A DNA stretch of 64,000 bases from the human T2T-CHM13v2.0 reference genome, Homo sapiens. Of the stretch, positions 16,640 through 33,629 are shown one piece after another (the stretch's first letter is position 1; every line of letters begins with the position of its first letter). Position numbers and translations under genes: made by a program. A model generated the notes under the pieces. It was not told where the DNA came from. It saw only the letters and a list, made by a program, of their open reading frames with translations, and made no database searches. The stretch lies in NCBI RefSeq assembly GCF_009914755.1, contig NC_060947.1; one strand, given 5' to 3'.

Positions 16640-16929
16640 CTACAATGAACCCCTAGTGCCCAAGGTTTCCAACTCAAGTGTCTGCCTGCTGCTCAGGTCC
16701 ATCTGTAATAAGGCCCCACCCCACCCAAGCAGCTAGAATTCCTATCTCAGCTTCCCAAAGTGCTGGAATTACAGCACTGGCCATAACTTGCCTTCTCTAT
16801 AAAACGTTCCTTAGTTACTCCAGCCCTCCTTGAGCTTTTTTTAAATTGTGAGTTCATTATAGCTACAAGTCACTTTCAGCATGGGCTGCATAATTTAGCA
16901 CATGAAGATTTTTAAAAACTGTTGTGCAT

Positions 16930-17535
16930 TATTTTTTTTAGATTGTAGTAAAATATGCATAGCATAAAATTTACCAACTTAACCATTTTTAGGTGTACAA
17001 TTCAATGGCATTAAACACATTCATGTTTTACAACCATTGCCACTGTCTATCTCCAGAACTTTTTCATCATCTCAAACAGAAACTCTGTACCTATTAAAGA
17101 ATAACTCCCGGCCGGGCGCGGTGGCTCACACCTGTAATGCTAGCACTTTGGGAGGCCGAGGTGGGTGGATCACCTGAGGTCAAGAGTTCAGGACCAGCCT
17201 GGTCAACATGGTGAAACCCTGTCTCTACTATAAACACAAAAATTAGCCGGGCGTGGTGGCAGGCGCCTGTAATCTCAGCTACTCAGGAGGCTGGAGAAGG
17301 AGAATTGCTTGAACCTAGGGGGCGGAGGTTGCAGTGAGCAGAGATCACGCCACTTCACTCCAGCCTGGGTGAGAGAGCGAAACTCCATCTAAAAAAAAAA
17401 GAAAAAAAAAAAAGAATAACTCCCCAGGCCTCCTCCCCCAATTGCTGGTAACCTATTCTACTTTCTGTCTCTGTGAATTTAACTATTGTAGGTACCTTAT
17501 ATAAGTGGAATCATATAATGTTTGTCCTTTTATTG
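16930..17535 (-). mobile_element. L1MB 3' end, interrupted by an Alu
   Basis: GTGTACAATTCAATGGCATTAAACACATTC...TTCTACTTTCTGTCTCTGTGAATTT...GTGGAATCATATAATG. Confidence 0.85.
17110..17413 (+). mobile_element. AluS
   Basis: Alu dimer; TSD AAGAATAACTCCC. Confidence 0.95.
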
Positions 17536-18189
17536 CACTATTCTAAAAAATATTTCAAAGATTCTGCTAGATTGGAAACCCTTTGAGGGCTCAGTACCCA
17601 TCTTAAATAAGATAGATAGATAGTAGATAGATATATAATCTATTCCCACAGTACCCAGCACAATTCTGGGTGATTAATGGATGTAAATTTTTCTTACGTT
17701 GTCAGGAAACCAACCAAAAAAATTTCTTTTACAAACCAGGAATGTCTTATAAGATATCTCCTGGACATTTTGTGGTAACTTTCCCAGCTTTGGGTTAAAA
17801 GCACATTCTGGGGCTGGGCCTGCATCTTTGTAGGCCCAGTGGGTTTGGGCTGTGTGTACTGTGATAGGTTTGTATGCTGTTGAAGTTGCCTTCCTTTTGG
17901 CCAATCTCCCCAGATGATTGTTAAGCTTATTGAGGACAGATAAAATTTCTTTGGTGTTTCTTCACAGTACCAATGGCAGTGTCTGCTCCACACACCCATA
18001 CAATGCACTTGAGCAATGTTGTCAAGATGGGCAGGGGGTGAGGGCTATGGGTAGGCCTTACATGGTTGTCAAGGAATCTAGCTTGATAAATATAGATGGG
18101 GAAGAAGTTGGCACTCACTTGGTTGGCAAACCAAAGTCCACAGGGAAAGATATTTCCACTCTTGGCATTCTCATTGGGGAAGAATGAAT

Positions 18190-18400
18190 AATAGTAAGAA
18201 CCAACATTAAGTGAGTAAATACCTGCCAGGCACTGCTCTAGGCACTTGACACATACTATCTCTTTTAATCCTCAAACTAATCTTAAGAGATAGATGCTAT
18301 TATTTTCATTTTATAGATGAAGAAACTGAGGCATAAAAAGGTTAAGTAATTAAGAAAAAAAGTCAGGTTTTGAATTCAGATAGACTCCAGAGTCTGTCTG
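18190..18400 (-). mobile_element. MIR
   Basis: TGCCAGGCACTGCTCTAGGCACTT...TTTTATAGATGAAGAAACTGAGGC. Confidence 0.85.
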
Positions 18401-19372
18401 CACTCCTGGAGTCACGTGATGAATTAAAGAACATAAAAGCCTTTAGACAGCACAGCATGTATGGCTGGTTAGTTGAGGTGATTAGTTGAGGTGGTTAGAG
18501 CACAGGGCCAGATGAGTGAACTTTGTAAGGATCAATTAGCTTTGCTCCTTTTCATGGCCTAACCCTTGCTGGAAAATGGCTGTCCTTGGTCGCAAGGAAC
18601 CTGAAAGATTGAGAGCTGCCTCATCCCTGCTGTTGGCAAAACAACTCCAAGCCTACTGCCTACTCTAATTCCTATTGCTAATGGGTCATTGATGTCATGA
18701 TCATACACTAAGGACAGCATGTTTTGATATGAAGGGACACGTGAACTTCTGAGAAGCTGAGGACTATGTAAACTCTGGGTACTGCAGGATTGTTATTTAA
18801 GGCAGGTCCCATGAAAGAGCCATTGTATTTCAAAGCCCCACACCACCACCACTGCAGAGGGCCTGTTTATTTTACCGTAGGAAATAAATGATGTTCAGCA
18901 ATTTCTTTACCTAGCTGTGAGATTAAAGCACAGTCCCTTGGGCTCCCAACCCACTTCGTGTGTACAGGAAGTGGCCCCCCCCGCCCAAGTAGCTGACTCA
19001 GTTTTAGAACAATATATATCCTGCAGGAATACTTCCTGTCACAAAATTTCACTGAACCCCTGAAGAAATAAACAGCTTTGGTTCAGGTGAAAAAGAAAGA
19101 CCCAGATAAAGCAATGAAAATACATCACTGGGCTAAAGGGAAGGCCTGGTGGGACTTTGCATTCAGGAATGGGAGAATAGATCAAAAGAGAAAGGCTAGG
19201 CATAGGGGAGAATGTGCGAACAGCCCTGAAATTGGGGATCTTCATGACATATTTGGGGGACACTAAGGTAAGCAGGTTGGTGGAAGCAAATGGTTTCTCT
19301 TGGGGAGAAATTGTAGACAGGTTTGGAAATTTAAAATATTCTTGGGGGAGAAAGGCAGACAGAAGGATTTAG

Positions 19373-19869
19373 CCCTTTTCCTATTTGCCTCGGTGCTTGT
19401 GGCTGCAGCGTTTACCCTAAGAAAACTTTGCCAGGAAATCTATCACTTTTATTATTATTTTCACATTGCTCTAGTATATCAACTTTGGAAACAAAAGGCA
19501 TCATTCTATTAATAGCATTCTGTTTTTAGTAGTGGTATTTCCATTTACAAAGTATAATAATTCTAAATCACCGAAAATGTCAAATCCCAGAAAACATAGC
19601 ATTCCTACGTGTGATGTTAACATCATTCTCGAACAGTTGTTGGCCGAAGATTCACTTCATGAACCGAATTTTCTGAAATAGACGATTCTGATGATTCAGA
19701 TGATTCTGGTATTAGTTCTGTTTAGAAATAACTCCAATAACAATTTTTATATTTTATTTTCTCATTGAAAATCAGTCTGATTTGCTTCAGCCTCAAAGAG
19801 CGTGTTTATGTAAAATTAAATGAGTGCTGGCAGTGAGCTGCACTTTTTTTTTTCTAAACAAGAAAAGGG
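19373..19869 (+). mobile_element. MER75 (piggyBac-family non-autonomous DNA transposon)
   Basis: TIRs CCCTTTTC...GAAAAGGG; internal GCTGCAGCGTTTACC and GACGATTCTGATGATTCAG match the recalled MER75 consensus; TTAG on both flanks. Confidence 0.9.
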
Positions 19870-20264
19870 TTAGATTTGAAACAGGAAGAAAGAGTGTGTT
19901 TTTGTCTCCTTTCCCTGGACCCTCTCCTTGCTCTGCTTAGCTCTCTTGCATCAGGTTTACAATGAATGTGGGAGATAGAGGAGGAGAGAACTCACCAGGA
20001 AAAAAGAAAGCATGGACTCCATTCATTATTCCTGTCCCTACAAAGCCCCACTCCACTGGAAGTCTTTCATTCCCCATATTCTAAGCTTGATGCATATCAG
20101 AGTGCCCCTCACTGAGTTTAGAGTGGGGTTTAGTGAGGCTATATGGCCACTCTCCAATTCCCACATATGCCCAGTCCCTGTTCTGGTTAAGGCCCTGGTT
20201 TTAACAGCAAGGCATGTGGCCAACTAAGATTATTACTGTCCCCTTTGAGGGAGATCAAAGGTGG

Positions 20265-21368
20265 CAGAACCCCTCAGGACAGGAAGATGAATGGGCATCA
20301 GAAAAGTCCTGCCTGCACCTTTAAGTAGGTACTTCTCCAAAATCTCCCAAAGCCCCTGCTAGAACATCTGGGACATGTAAATGGGGCACTTGAGCCCCTC
20401 GGAGCCTTCCATGACTATCTATCTACCCCTTCAATGTTGCCATCATGGCTTCACTTTAACTGAACTGACCTCCAAGCCAGGATATACAAAAGGCCAAAAG
20501 ACAAATATAATTCTTAGTCAAAAAAACCCCTTTATTAGTATGGATAAGAAAATCCATTCAAACTCAGAGAGTTATTGTGAAAATTAAATATAACATACTG
20601 AAGAAAAAAATGTACTTCTTAGTCTCAAACTATGCCCAACTACCTTGTCCAGCCAAGCTTCCCAGATAAGCTTTCAACAAACCTCACAGATGGCAGCAAC
20701 AATAGCCAGAGCAGCGCCGTCCCTGCAGAATCAGGCAATGGTTGTTTCTAGCACAATAAAAGCCATCTCCCCTCATTTGTTCCCACAGGTTGTTTGTGAA
20801 AACTGGAAGTCCCTCCCCTCCTTTCCAGCATAGTTGTCTGTATGCTGTTTGGACCCAGCCAAAGGTGTCTGGACCTCATATGCAGCAGCTGCTGCTGGGC
20901 CGGGGGTAGTCTTCACCCAGAAAGGCCCCATCCCCTCTACGCCTCCAACGTTGGGTGACTGTCCTCCAATAAGTCCACCATGGAGAAGTCTTCTTCTTCT
21001 TGGTTCCCTCATAATTTATTTTAGATTCTTTGCTGATAAGAAAGTGATATGTGGTCATGTAGAAATTTAGACAAAGTTCCACGAAAAAAGGGTCAAGAAG
21101 CAGAAAAACCCATCAGCCATGTATAATCCCATTGCCCAGTAGTAACCCATATTAACATAGTAAGGTGTCTTTCCTGGCCTTTATTGTTCCAAGTTTTCTT
21201 GACATGGTTGAGATCTTACTACCTGAAAATTGTAGCTACCATTTTATTGCCTGTTGTTTTTCTCCTTAAGCATTTTATCCACAAGCATTTTCCATGCCTT
21301 TAGGAGTCTTTGTTATCATAATTTAAATGGAGACATCATATTCCGTCTTATGCATGCACTGACATTTG
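20265..21368 (-). repeat. Right arm of imperfect inverted repeat (partner 12881-13876)
   Basis: Reverse complement aligns to the left arm, with a ~110-bp extra segment at about 20495-20605. Confidence 0.95.
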
Positions 21369-21559
21369 TATAACTTTTTTTGGATAGTAATTCTTAATCT
21401 TTTATCATTCTGCACTAAATTTCATGGAAGAGTCTTGTACTGTGGTATTACATGTCCTAATAACCCCTGGGTCTTCGTTGTATGCAAAAGGTTACCTTCA
21501 TTCATTTGCTGAAGTTGGCATAACCTGGCTCTAAAAAAATTTCCTGTCAACCCCATGTT

Positions 21560-21939
<380 letters not shown>

Positions 21940-21984
21940 TAGTCCATTCCATGCTTCTAACATGCAGCTCTGTCCTCCATGGTA

Positions 21985-22173
21985 TAAGATGACCAGCTCA
22001 TCCCAGTTTGTGTAGGACTTCCCTGGTTTTAACACCAAAAGTCCTGTCTCCAAGGAACCACCTTAATCCTGGGTAGATTTGAATGATGACGGGACTGTCC
22101 TGCTTTAATTGCAGAAATTCTTGCATCCCCAGAAATCTTTCAGCCCCAACAGACAGAAATGGTTGGTCACTCT
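21985..22173. mobile_element. hAT-Blackjack MITE(s) (MER81/MER94-like)
   Basis: GATGACCAGCTCATCCCAGTTTG...GGACTTCCCTGGTTTTAACAC...TGGTTGGTCACTCT. Confidence 0.55.
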
Positions 22174-22267
22174 CCATAAGATTCCATGGCTGATAAGTGA
22201 CTTATGGCATTCCTTCTGCCAGAGGCATTTACTTATTAATAAAGATGCTTTCTGAATCATGAAGTCA

Positions 22268-22593
<326 letters not shown>

Positions 22594-22796
22594 CTAATTG
22601 TGGGATTCCCAGACACTGGGACAAGTTGGCAGGAAAGCTATTTCTGGATTAATGGGTCAATCCCACCTTTCTCCCCACTGCCATACCCCTCTCACTTCTC
22701 ATCGAATTGAATGTATGTTCTGCCATCCCAATTCTTTCTAGCAGACAATCTGCAGTGCTCTATTACAGTTATTGGGGGTCCTTATCCCCTAGGACA

Positions 22797-22970
22797 TCAG
22801 TTCTCAAACTTAAGCTAACATCAGCTTCACTTGGAGGGGTGGCTAAAAACACAGGTTGCTTCACTCCACCCCCAGAGCTTTCATTCATGTGGTATGTGGT
22901 GGGGCCCAGGAATGTGCATTTCTAATGATTCACAGGTGGTGCTGCTGCTGCTGCTGGTCCTGTGACCATA
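22797..22970. mobile_element. MER5A (hAT-Charlie)
   Basis: TTCTCAAACTT...CATCAG..TCAC.TGGAGGG...GGGGCCCAGGAATGTGCATTTCTAA. Confidence 0.75.
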
Positions 22971-22984
22971 GTGTGACCCATTGT

Positions 22985-23205
22985 GTAGAGGTTAGGAACA
23001 CAAACTCTGTAGTCACTCTGCCTGGGTTAGAATCCTTTCTCTGGTACTAATCAGCTTCACAGTCTTAAGCTAGTTACTTGCCCTCTTGGGCTTCAGTTTC
23101 CCCATTGATAAAAGTGGAGGTAGTAATGGAACCTCTCTCCTAAGATTGTTGTGAGGCAATGAAACCGTGCCTAGACCATAGTAAGCTGCATGTTTATTAT
23201 TATTA
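22985..23205 (+). mobile_element. MIR
   Basis: GGTTAGGAACACAAACTCTG...CTTCAGTTTCCCCAT...GTTGTGAGG. Confidence 0.75.
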
Positions 23206-23684
23206 CCCTCATGCTCAGGAGACTTGATCTGCTATTTTCCTTCTTTAGACTTAGAGCAAGCTGTAAACATTCAGGGCAGATGCACTCCTACAAGCATTCC
23301 TGTAATGCCTGACTACTGGGCAGAGGTTGCAGCTGCCCTGCATTCCCCTAGAGGCTGACTTGCCCTCTGGAGAAGTTTGGATGAGTCAACATTCAGTATC
23401 CTCTCTATCCTACCCTGCAGGCTCTTAGAGAGCTTCCAGAAGGTTTTCCAGGAGAATGCACATCAGTGTATACACAAAGCAGCCCAAAGTATTTGAATAA
23501 CACATGGCCCTCTAAACACCATAGATAAAGCTTAGTTGTTGGAGAAGAAAGAGCTTAGTTGAAATAGACACATGTGGACTTTTTAGTTGAAATAGACACA
23601 TGTCTGAGGAGAGATGAGTTTGTAGCAGGATGCAAACATACAGTATTATACACTCACACATTCAGCTTGTTTTATTATAATTAC

Positions 23685-24161
<477 letters not shown>

Positions 24162-24688
24162 TTCAGCTTGTTTTGTATTTTTTCTTTTCTGCATTTAGGA
24201 AGGTCATTTGGCTCATCTCCAGTAAAGGGCAACCTTCTGCGGATAAAAGGAATATCTCTTCTTCCCTCCAGGAAGCAGAGATAGGCAATTGAGTTTTGCC
24301 AATGCCAGGCAGCTTCCCTGACCTCCAGGTAAGAGAAACTTGTTTTCTGTTCCTACTGATTTAGGCTCCAGTTTTTTTGTTTTTTGTTTTTTTTGTTTTT
24401 TGTTTTGTTTTGTTTTGTTTTTTGAGGAGAGGGGAAGGAGCAGGAAAGGGAAGGGGAGAGACAAAGGGCTCCAGCTTTAATAAGCCATTAAGGCTCTTCC
24501 TGGTGAGCCCTAAGGGCTATTGCTAGTACTAGTGAAAGAGAGAAGTGGGCCAATGGGGACAGTGGCAAACCAGAGAGTACAAGGCTGGTTTAAAGGGGGC
24601 AAGCACCACTCAGAGGCAATGGATATTTGCCAACTGAGATTTGAGCCCCTGTTGTTAGACCTTAAAATCTAAAAAAGAAAAGAAAAGA

Positions 24689-25440
24689 GGCCAGGCATGG
24701 TGGCTCACGCCTGTAATCCCAGCACTTTGGGAGGCCAAAGTGGGTGTATCACGAGATCAGGAGATCAGGACCATCCTGGCTAACACGGTGAAACCCCGTC
24801 TCTACTAAAAATACAAAAAATTAGCCAGGTGTGGTGGCTGTCAGGCCTCTGAGCCCAAGCCAAGCCATCGCATCCCCTGTGACTTGCATGTATACATCCA
24901 GATGGCCTGAAGTAACTGAAGATCCACAAAAGAAGTAAAAAGAGCCTTAACTGATGACATTCCACCATTGTGATTTGTTTCTTCCCCACCCTAACTGATC
25001 AATGTACTTTGTAATCTCCCCCACCCTTAAGAAGGTACTTTGTAATCTCCCCCACCCTTAAGAAGGTTCTTTGTAATTCTCCCCACCCTTGAGAATGTAC
25101 TTTGTGAGATCCACCCCTGCCCGCAAAACATTGCTCTTACCTTCACTGCCTATCCCAAAACCTATAAGAACTAATGATAATCCACCACCCTTTGCTGACT
25201 CTCTTTTCGGACTCAGCCCGCCTGCACCCAGGTGAAATAAACAGCCATGTTGCTCACACAAAGCCTGTTTGGTGGTCTCTTCACACCGACGCGCATGAAA
25301 GTGGCACGTGCCTGTAGTCCCAGCCACTCAGGAGGCTGAGGCAGGAGAATCGCTTGAAGCCAGGAGACGGAGGTTGCAGTGAGCCAAGATTTCGCCAGCA
25401 CACTCCAGCCGACTGTCTCAAAAAAAAAAGGAAAAAGAAA
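24689..25440 (+). mobile_element. AluSc8/Y-like, interrupted by a solo LTR
   Basis: Left part ends ...GTGGTGGC at 24838; right part resumes GTGGCACGTGCCTGTAGTCC at 25301. Confidence 0.9.
24839..25300 (+). mobile_element. Solo HERV-H LTR (LTR7B-type)
   Basis: TGTCAGGCCTCTGAGCCCAAG...GCGCATGAAA; LTR7B-type block GCAAAACATTGCTC...CCTATAAGAACTAATGATAATCC; 5-bp TSD GTGGC. Confidence 0.93.
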
Positions 25441-25859
25441 GAAGTCAAAATCCCAGCTTTTTTTTTAACAGGAAACCTCCTGATCTTTAAATGTTGTCAA
25501 CCAACTGAAATTTTAAAAAAAACCATGTCAGTCAAACAAAATTTCCTCAGCACCTATTTGCTGCTGGTGTATGATTTCTGGATTGTTATGAGGGAAAAGA
25601 AGACACTAGGGCTTTTAGTGCCGATGGTAAATGAGGTTAGCAGCAGGCAGACAGGCAGGACAGACTAGGAGGTGGGGAAAAGCTGGGAGCCAGAGCCCCA
25701 AATGTGGTCCTTGAGTGGGAGTCATCCCTGCTCAGGAGGGGCTTGGTGAGTGGGAGTGGGCTCCAAAAGAGGCACGCTGAGAGAAGCAGCATTTGTAGTC
25801 ATGAGCCGTGTTGGATCAGAATCCTTGCTGGCTAGCCACCCAGTCTTCAGTGGGTGAGA

Positions 25860-26005
25860 GTAACAACAACAACTAACATTTATTGGACACTTACATAGTG
25901 CCAGGTATTCTTCTGAAAGTTTTACATATATTACTTAATTTAATCATCACAATATCCCTGGGCGGGGGTGGGGGGGCAGGGGTTGATATTACCCTTATCT
26001 CCATG
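25860..26005 (-). mobile_element. MIR
   Basis: AACTAACATTTATTGGACACTTAC...GTGCCAGG...TTTAATCATCACAA. Confidence 0.7.
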
Positions 26006-27174
26006 TAACTTCATCTCACTGGCACCCTATGCTTACCCCAGTTGACTTTACCAAGCAGGAGCTCTGACAAAGCATGCCACAAGCCAACTCACCACTGTGG
26101 GCAGAATGCACAGTTGGTGGCTAACATGAATTTCATGCAGCAACCCCACCCTGACACTAGGAAACCTGGGACTCCTGGCAGTGTTTCATAGAGGAGCTCC
26201 TGAACCTCTTCTTTGGAGCAAGGAACTGAGCATGTTAATATGCCAGAGTTGGGGCAGTGGAAGCAGCTATACTATTACAATTCGATCACCTGTCACCTTA
26301 GGAACCAATAGCCAGAACCCTGGGTGAGTGACCTACAGGACAGGTCAATTCGATGGGAGGGAGGGCAAGGGCTATCTATGCCCTGGAAAGCTACTTCATA
26401 AAAGACATATCAGAAAGGGATTTGGGGGGCTGGAGAAGAGCATGAAGATACTGGAGACACAGAGCATAGAGGAGTGGAAAGGTAGACAAGGAGGAAGCAA
26501 AGACAAAGTTGGCCTGCATATAACTTTTCTGAGGGTCAATCTTGTATAGAGGTTATTAGCCTGGCTGGGAAAGAACCACAGAAGGAAGTGGGGTTAGGAA
26601 ATTCAATCAGTCCAAATGTTGGACTAGGGCCCCTGGTCTCTTTGAACATTTTTTTCCATTTCCTTGCATAACCATAGCCACAGAAGCAGAGGAGGAGATT
26701 GTGAATCTGGCCTAAGGTCTTGGTTTATCATTATCTAAATATATATTTAACAAAAACCAAACAGGGCTTTTTAAAGCTCTGAGTCATGTTGTTTCTGCTA
26801 TTTTTTTTTTTTTTAGGGAAATGAGCTTGTTGCTTCATCAAATGATGGGTTATTTATTGATGGAAAAAACTAACCAGGAGGACCGTTTCCCCATACTGTT
26901 TAGTAACTTTACACATACTCGGAAGTCTTATTTACATATCAGCTGAGGACTAGCAGTTACTAAATAACAGGAAATTCCGAAAATGTTTTAGTAACTGTAA
27001 GGTATCAAGGCTTTTCAGGTAGAGATGGCTTCATGTCCAATTTGTAATAGTAAAGCTGAAGTTGATGGAGTTTCCTCTCTCAACTACTGAATATGAATAC
27101 TTGGTACCCACTAGTTAGTTGGTCATTCAACAACATTTACTGGGCACTCACTGTTGCCCTCACTGTGCCTAATA

Positions 27175-27640
27175 ACAACAGCGACTATTTATGGAGAACT
27201 TATCATCTGCCAGACACTGGGTTAAGTAAATTATATCATTTAATCCTGATAACCTTCATACTTGGATAGAATTACTACCTTCATTTTACAGATAAGGAAA
27301 CGGGAGTTGGAGACATTAAGTAACTTGCTCGGGGTCAGAGTTCAAGCCAGGTCTCTCTGCTTTCAAAACCTGTGTCCTAAACTATAATAACAACAACCAC
27401 GACAATGACAACTGACTTTTATTAGATGCTCAATGTGTGCCAAACAAACGCATAGTGTTGTGTATGCATCGTCTCATTTCATCCTTATAATGACTCTATG
27501 AGTTCATCACTATTAGTATTATTAGCCCTATTTTGCATATGAGGAAAATGAGACTCCAAAAGGTAAAGTAATCTGCCCAGGGACACACAGGTGGTAAATG
27601 AAAGAACTGCAATTCAAAATAGCTCCATCTGACACCAGAG
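27175..27640 (-). mobile_element. Two tandem MIRs (27175-27385 and 27400-27640)
   Basis: CATTTTACAGATAAGGAAAC and TTTTGCATATGAGGAAAATGAGAC cores. Confidence 0.75.
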
Positions 27641-27762
27641 GCCAACTCAAAGGGTTACCTACTCCAGGAAGCTTTCTGTAAACCCTCTAAACTGTTTTAG
27701 GTGTCCATGCACAAGGTTCACATTGCACCTTGCCTCCTCTATCAAACATGTTATTAACATTA

Positions 27763-29022
27763 CAAGGGGATTTCAAAACGTGAAAAATGGAATTAAAGAT
27801 AAAAGTAAAAAAAATATAAACTTTATTTCTCAACATGAGTTCCATCAAGGTGAAGACATTTTTGTAAGCTATAATACCAGTCACTTCATCCATCCCTAAA
27901 TAATTGACGGTCCTGGGAATTTAACTATGTTATGCAATATTTTTCACATTATTAACTGAAGAAAATTGGTGCCCTCTAAAGATTTTTTAATATTAGGACC
28001 CAAAGAAAAGTCAGAAGGAGCCAAATAAGGACTTTAAGAAGGATGCCTAATGATTTCTCATCAAAACTCTCACAAAATTGCCCTTGTTTTATAAGAGGAA
28101 TGGGGAGGAGCATTGTTGTGATAGAGAAGGACTTTGGTGAAGCTTTCCCTGGTATTTTTCTGCTAAAGCTTTGGCTAACTTTCTCAAAACACTTTCATAA
28201 TATGAAGATGTTATCATCCTTTGGCCCTCCAGAAAGTCAACAAGCAAATGCCTTGAGCATCCTCCAAAACCTGTTGCCATAACCTTTGCTCTTGACTTGA
28301 CCACTTCTTGGTAACTATTGCTTTGATTGTGCTTTGTCTTCAGGATCATGCATGTTCCATTTCTGGTTACAATTCTTTGAAGACATGCATCAGGATCTTG
28401 ATCCCACTCGTTTAAAATTTCTGTTGAAAGTTCTACTCATGTCTGCAGCTGATTTGCATGCAATGGTTTTGGGACCTATGGAGTGGAAAGTTTGCTCAAC
28501 TTTAATTTTACAGTCAGAATTGTGTTAGCTGAACCAACTGAGATGTCTATGGTGTGGGGATTGTTTCTGCTGTTAATTGTCAGTTCTCTTCAATTAGGAC
28601 ATGAACAAGCTGAATTTTTCCTTTTCAAGTTGATGTGGATGGTTTGCCACTGTGGACTTCATCTTCAACATCTTCTTATCCCTTCTTAAAATGAGTTGTC
28701 CATTTGGAAACTATTGATTTCTTTGGAACATTGTCCCCATAAACTTTTCATGAAACATCAATGATTTCACCATTCGTCCACCCAAACTTCACCATAAATT
28801 TCATGTTTGTTCTTGCTTCACTTTTAGCAGAATACCCATCCCGTTGCTCTGATAGGGGCTCTTTTCAAACCGATGTCTTATTCTTCTTAGTGCCTCACAC
28901 TAGATCCCATTCAGACACATTATAACAAGTTAGCACAAATTTATTTTGATGCAAAACAAATGAAATCCATGTGTGGTTTTTTCATAATACACATTTTCCA
29001 TGAAATTTTTGAAGTCCCCTTG
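27763..29022 (-). mobile_element. HSMAR2 mariner DNA transposon, near full length, decayed
   Basis: TA TSDs at 27761 and 29023; TIRs CAAGGGGA.TTCAAAA; minus-strand peptide HLLVDFLEGQRMITSSYYESVLRKLAKALAEK is mariner transposase. Confidence 0.93.
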
Positions 29023-29029
29023 TATTATT

Positions 29030-30618
<1,589 letters not shown>

Positions 30619-30623
30619 TAGAT

Positions 30624-30972
30624 CAGAAGTCAGCATATATTTTTGGTAAAGGGCCAGATGTAAATATTTGATTCTTTGTGGACGGTAGGATCTGTGCTCC
30701 AACTATTCCACTCTGCTGGTGGTAACATGAAAACAGCCATAGACAATCCATAAATGAATGTGGCAGTGTTCCAATAAACCTTTATTTAGGGATAGTGAAT
30801 TTGAATTTCATATAATTTTCATGTGTCATGTTATATACATATATATTTCATATGTCTCTGCATATACATATATATTGTTATTTTAATTATCTTTTCAACC
30901 ATTTAAAAATGTAATAACCATTTTTAACTCACGGGCCATAGAGAAACAAGCAGCATGGTCAGTGGGCCCCTG
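30624..30972. mobile_element. MER58B-like (hAT-Charlie)
   Basis: GTAAAGGGCCAGAT.TAAATATTT...CAGCCATAGACAAT...GTTCCAATAAA...CCATTTAAAAATGTAA. Confidence 0.8.
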
Positions 30973-31099
30973 CTATCGACTGATAATTCCTTGAAGGTAG
31001 AGGTTTGTCTTATTCGTCACTTTCTTCAGGATTTAGCCCCAGTGCCCATAGTTGGCATCCAGTAAATATTTCCTGAAAGACAGTGTAGAATAATGTTTG

Positions 31100-31345
31100 T
31101 AAAGAGCCAGACTTTAGCAAGAGCATGGACTCTAGAAGCAGTTTGCTTTTGGTTCAAATCTCTACTTTGTCACTTTCTAACTGTGTGAGCTTAGGCAAGT
31201 TGCTGTGAGGTTACTCTTTCAACTTTCTCATCTAAAAATGGATATAATCATTGTTAACTACCACATGGGTTGTTTTGAGGACTTAGTGGGTTAATAAAGC
31301 CCTTAAAGAAGTGCCTGGCCTTTTAGTTGTTGTTATTATTATTGG
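31100..31345 (+). mobile_element. MIR
   Basis: AAGAGCATGGACTCTAGA...CTGTGTGAGCTTAGGCAAGTT. Confidence 0.75.
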
Positions 31346-32131
31346 AATGAAATAATACAATCCCATTACTGTCCAAAAATGTGCAATCTTACCAGCCAGT
31401 TAACTGAAAATAGCAGGAAGAAATATGAAAGCTTTTGCAAATCAGCACATCGACAACTATAGACTTGTTCCTGACATGTCTGGTGTATCCCCATCTCCTA
31501 TTTTTGACCTGAACTCCTTGGTGACTGTAAAGACTCTCTTGAAACCTTCTACCAGGCCCCACAAACTTAAGACCAGGAACGGTATCCATAGCAGATGCAG
31601 TTTGTTCTGTGCAGTGGATTTTTGGTTGGTTTTTGTTTTTGAATTTAATATATTTAGGCATGGAATACACACTCCACCTACTGTAGGCACCATTGCTCTC
31701 TTCTGTTTTCAGTGCTCAGCTTTTCCGCTTAGCCCCTGAAGGCCTTTATGTTTGAGACCTCTGCCCTAGTACCTCTACCCAGAGCCTTCATCAGGGACCA
31801 GCTACCCTGTAGGATCGCTTGACTCTTCTATTTGAAATCATCACTCCAAAGGCCTGCACTCACCTTTGCATTGACCCTTCCTTTTCATTCTCATCTCTTG
31901 CCATTTCTGAGCTCATGCTGTATGCTTTGGCCTTGCCAGACTTCATTCAGTCCTTCAAATAAACCATGTTCTCTCTTACCTTCTGTCATTAGCACCTGCT
32001 GTTCCCTCGGGTTGAAATATTCTTAACCTCACTTCACTAGGCTAATTCTTCATCATCTTTCAGGTGACTTAGATGTCACTTCATCTAGGAACCTTTTCCT
32101 GATACTTTAAATAAATATTAAAAGCTCTACT

Positions 32132-32896
<765 letters not shown>

Positions 32897-33072
32897 TCTT
32901 CCTATGTCATAGTACTTAATGAGATTGACTATATTTGCCTGTTTATTTGGCTTTACTAGTCAGTTGAATATAGGCTCCACCAGGGCAGGAAGTTTTAGGG
33001 GTTTGTTCCCTACTTTACCTCCAGCATCTAGAGTACCTGGCACTTATTAATGGCTCAATTAATATTTACTGA

Positions 33073-33561
<489 letters not shown>

Positions 33562-33629
33562 TTACAAGGCTAATCCTATCAGGTCTTACATCTCTGTTCA
33601 CCTCAGCCATTGCTACCACCCCACCCAAA

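Noticed and set aside
23555-23603. 21-bp direct repeat TTAGTTGAAATAGACACATGT
   Set aside because: Two copies only; a simple slippage duplication, not a CRISPR-like array
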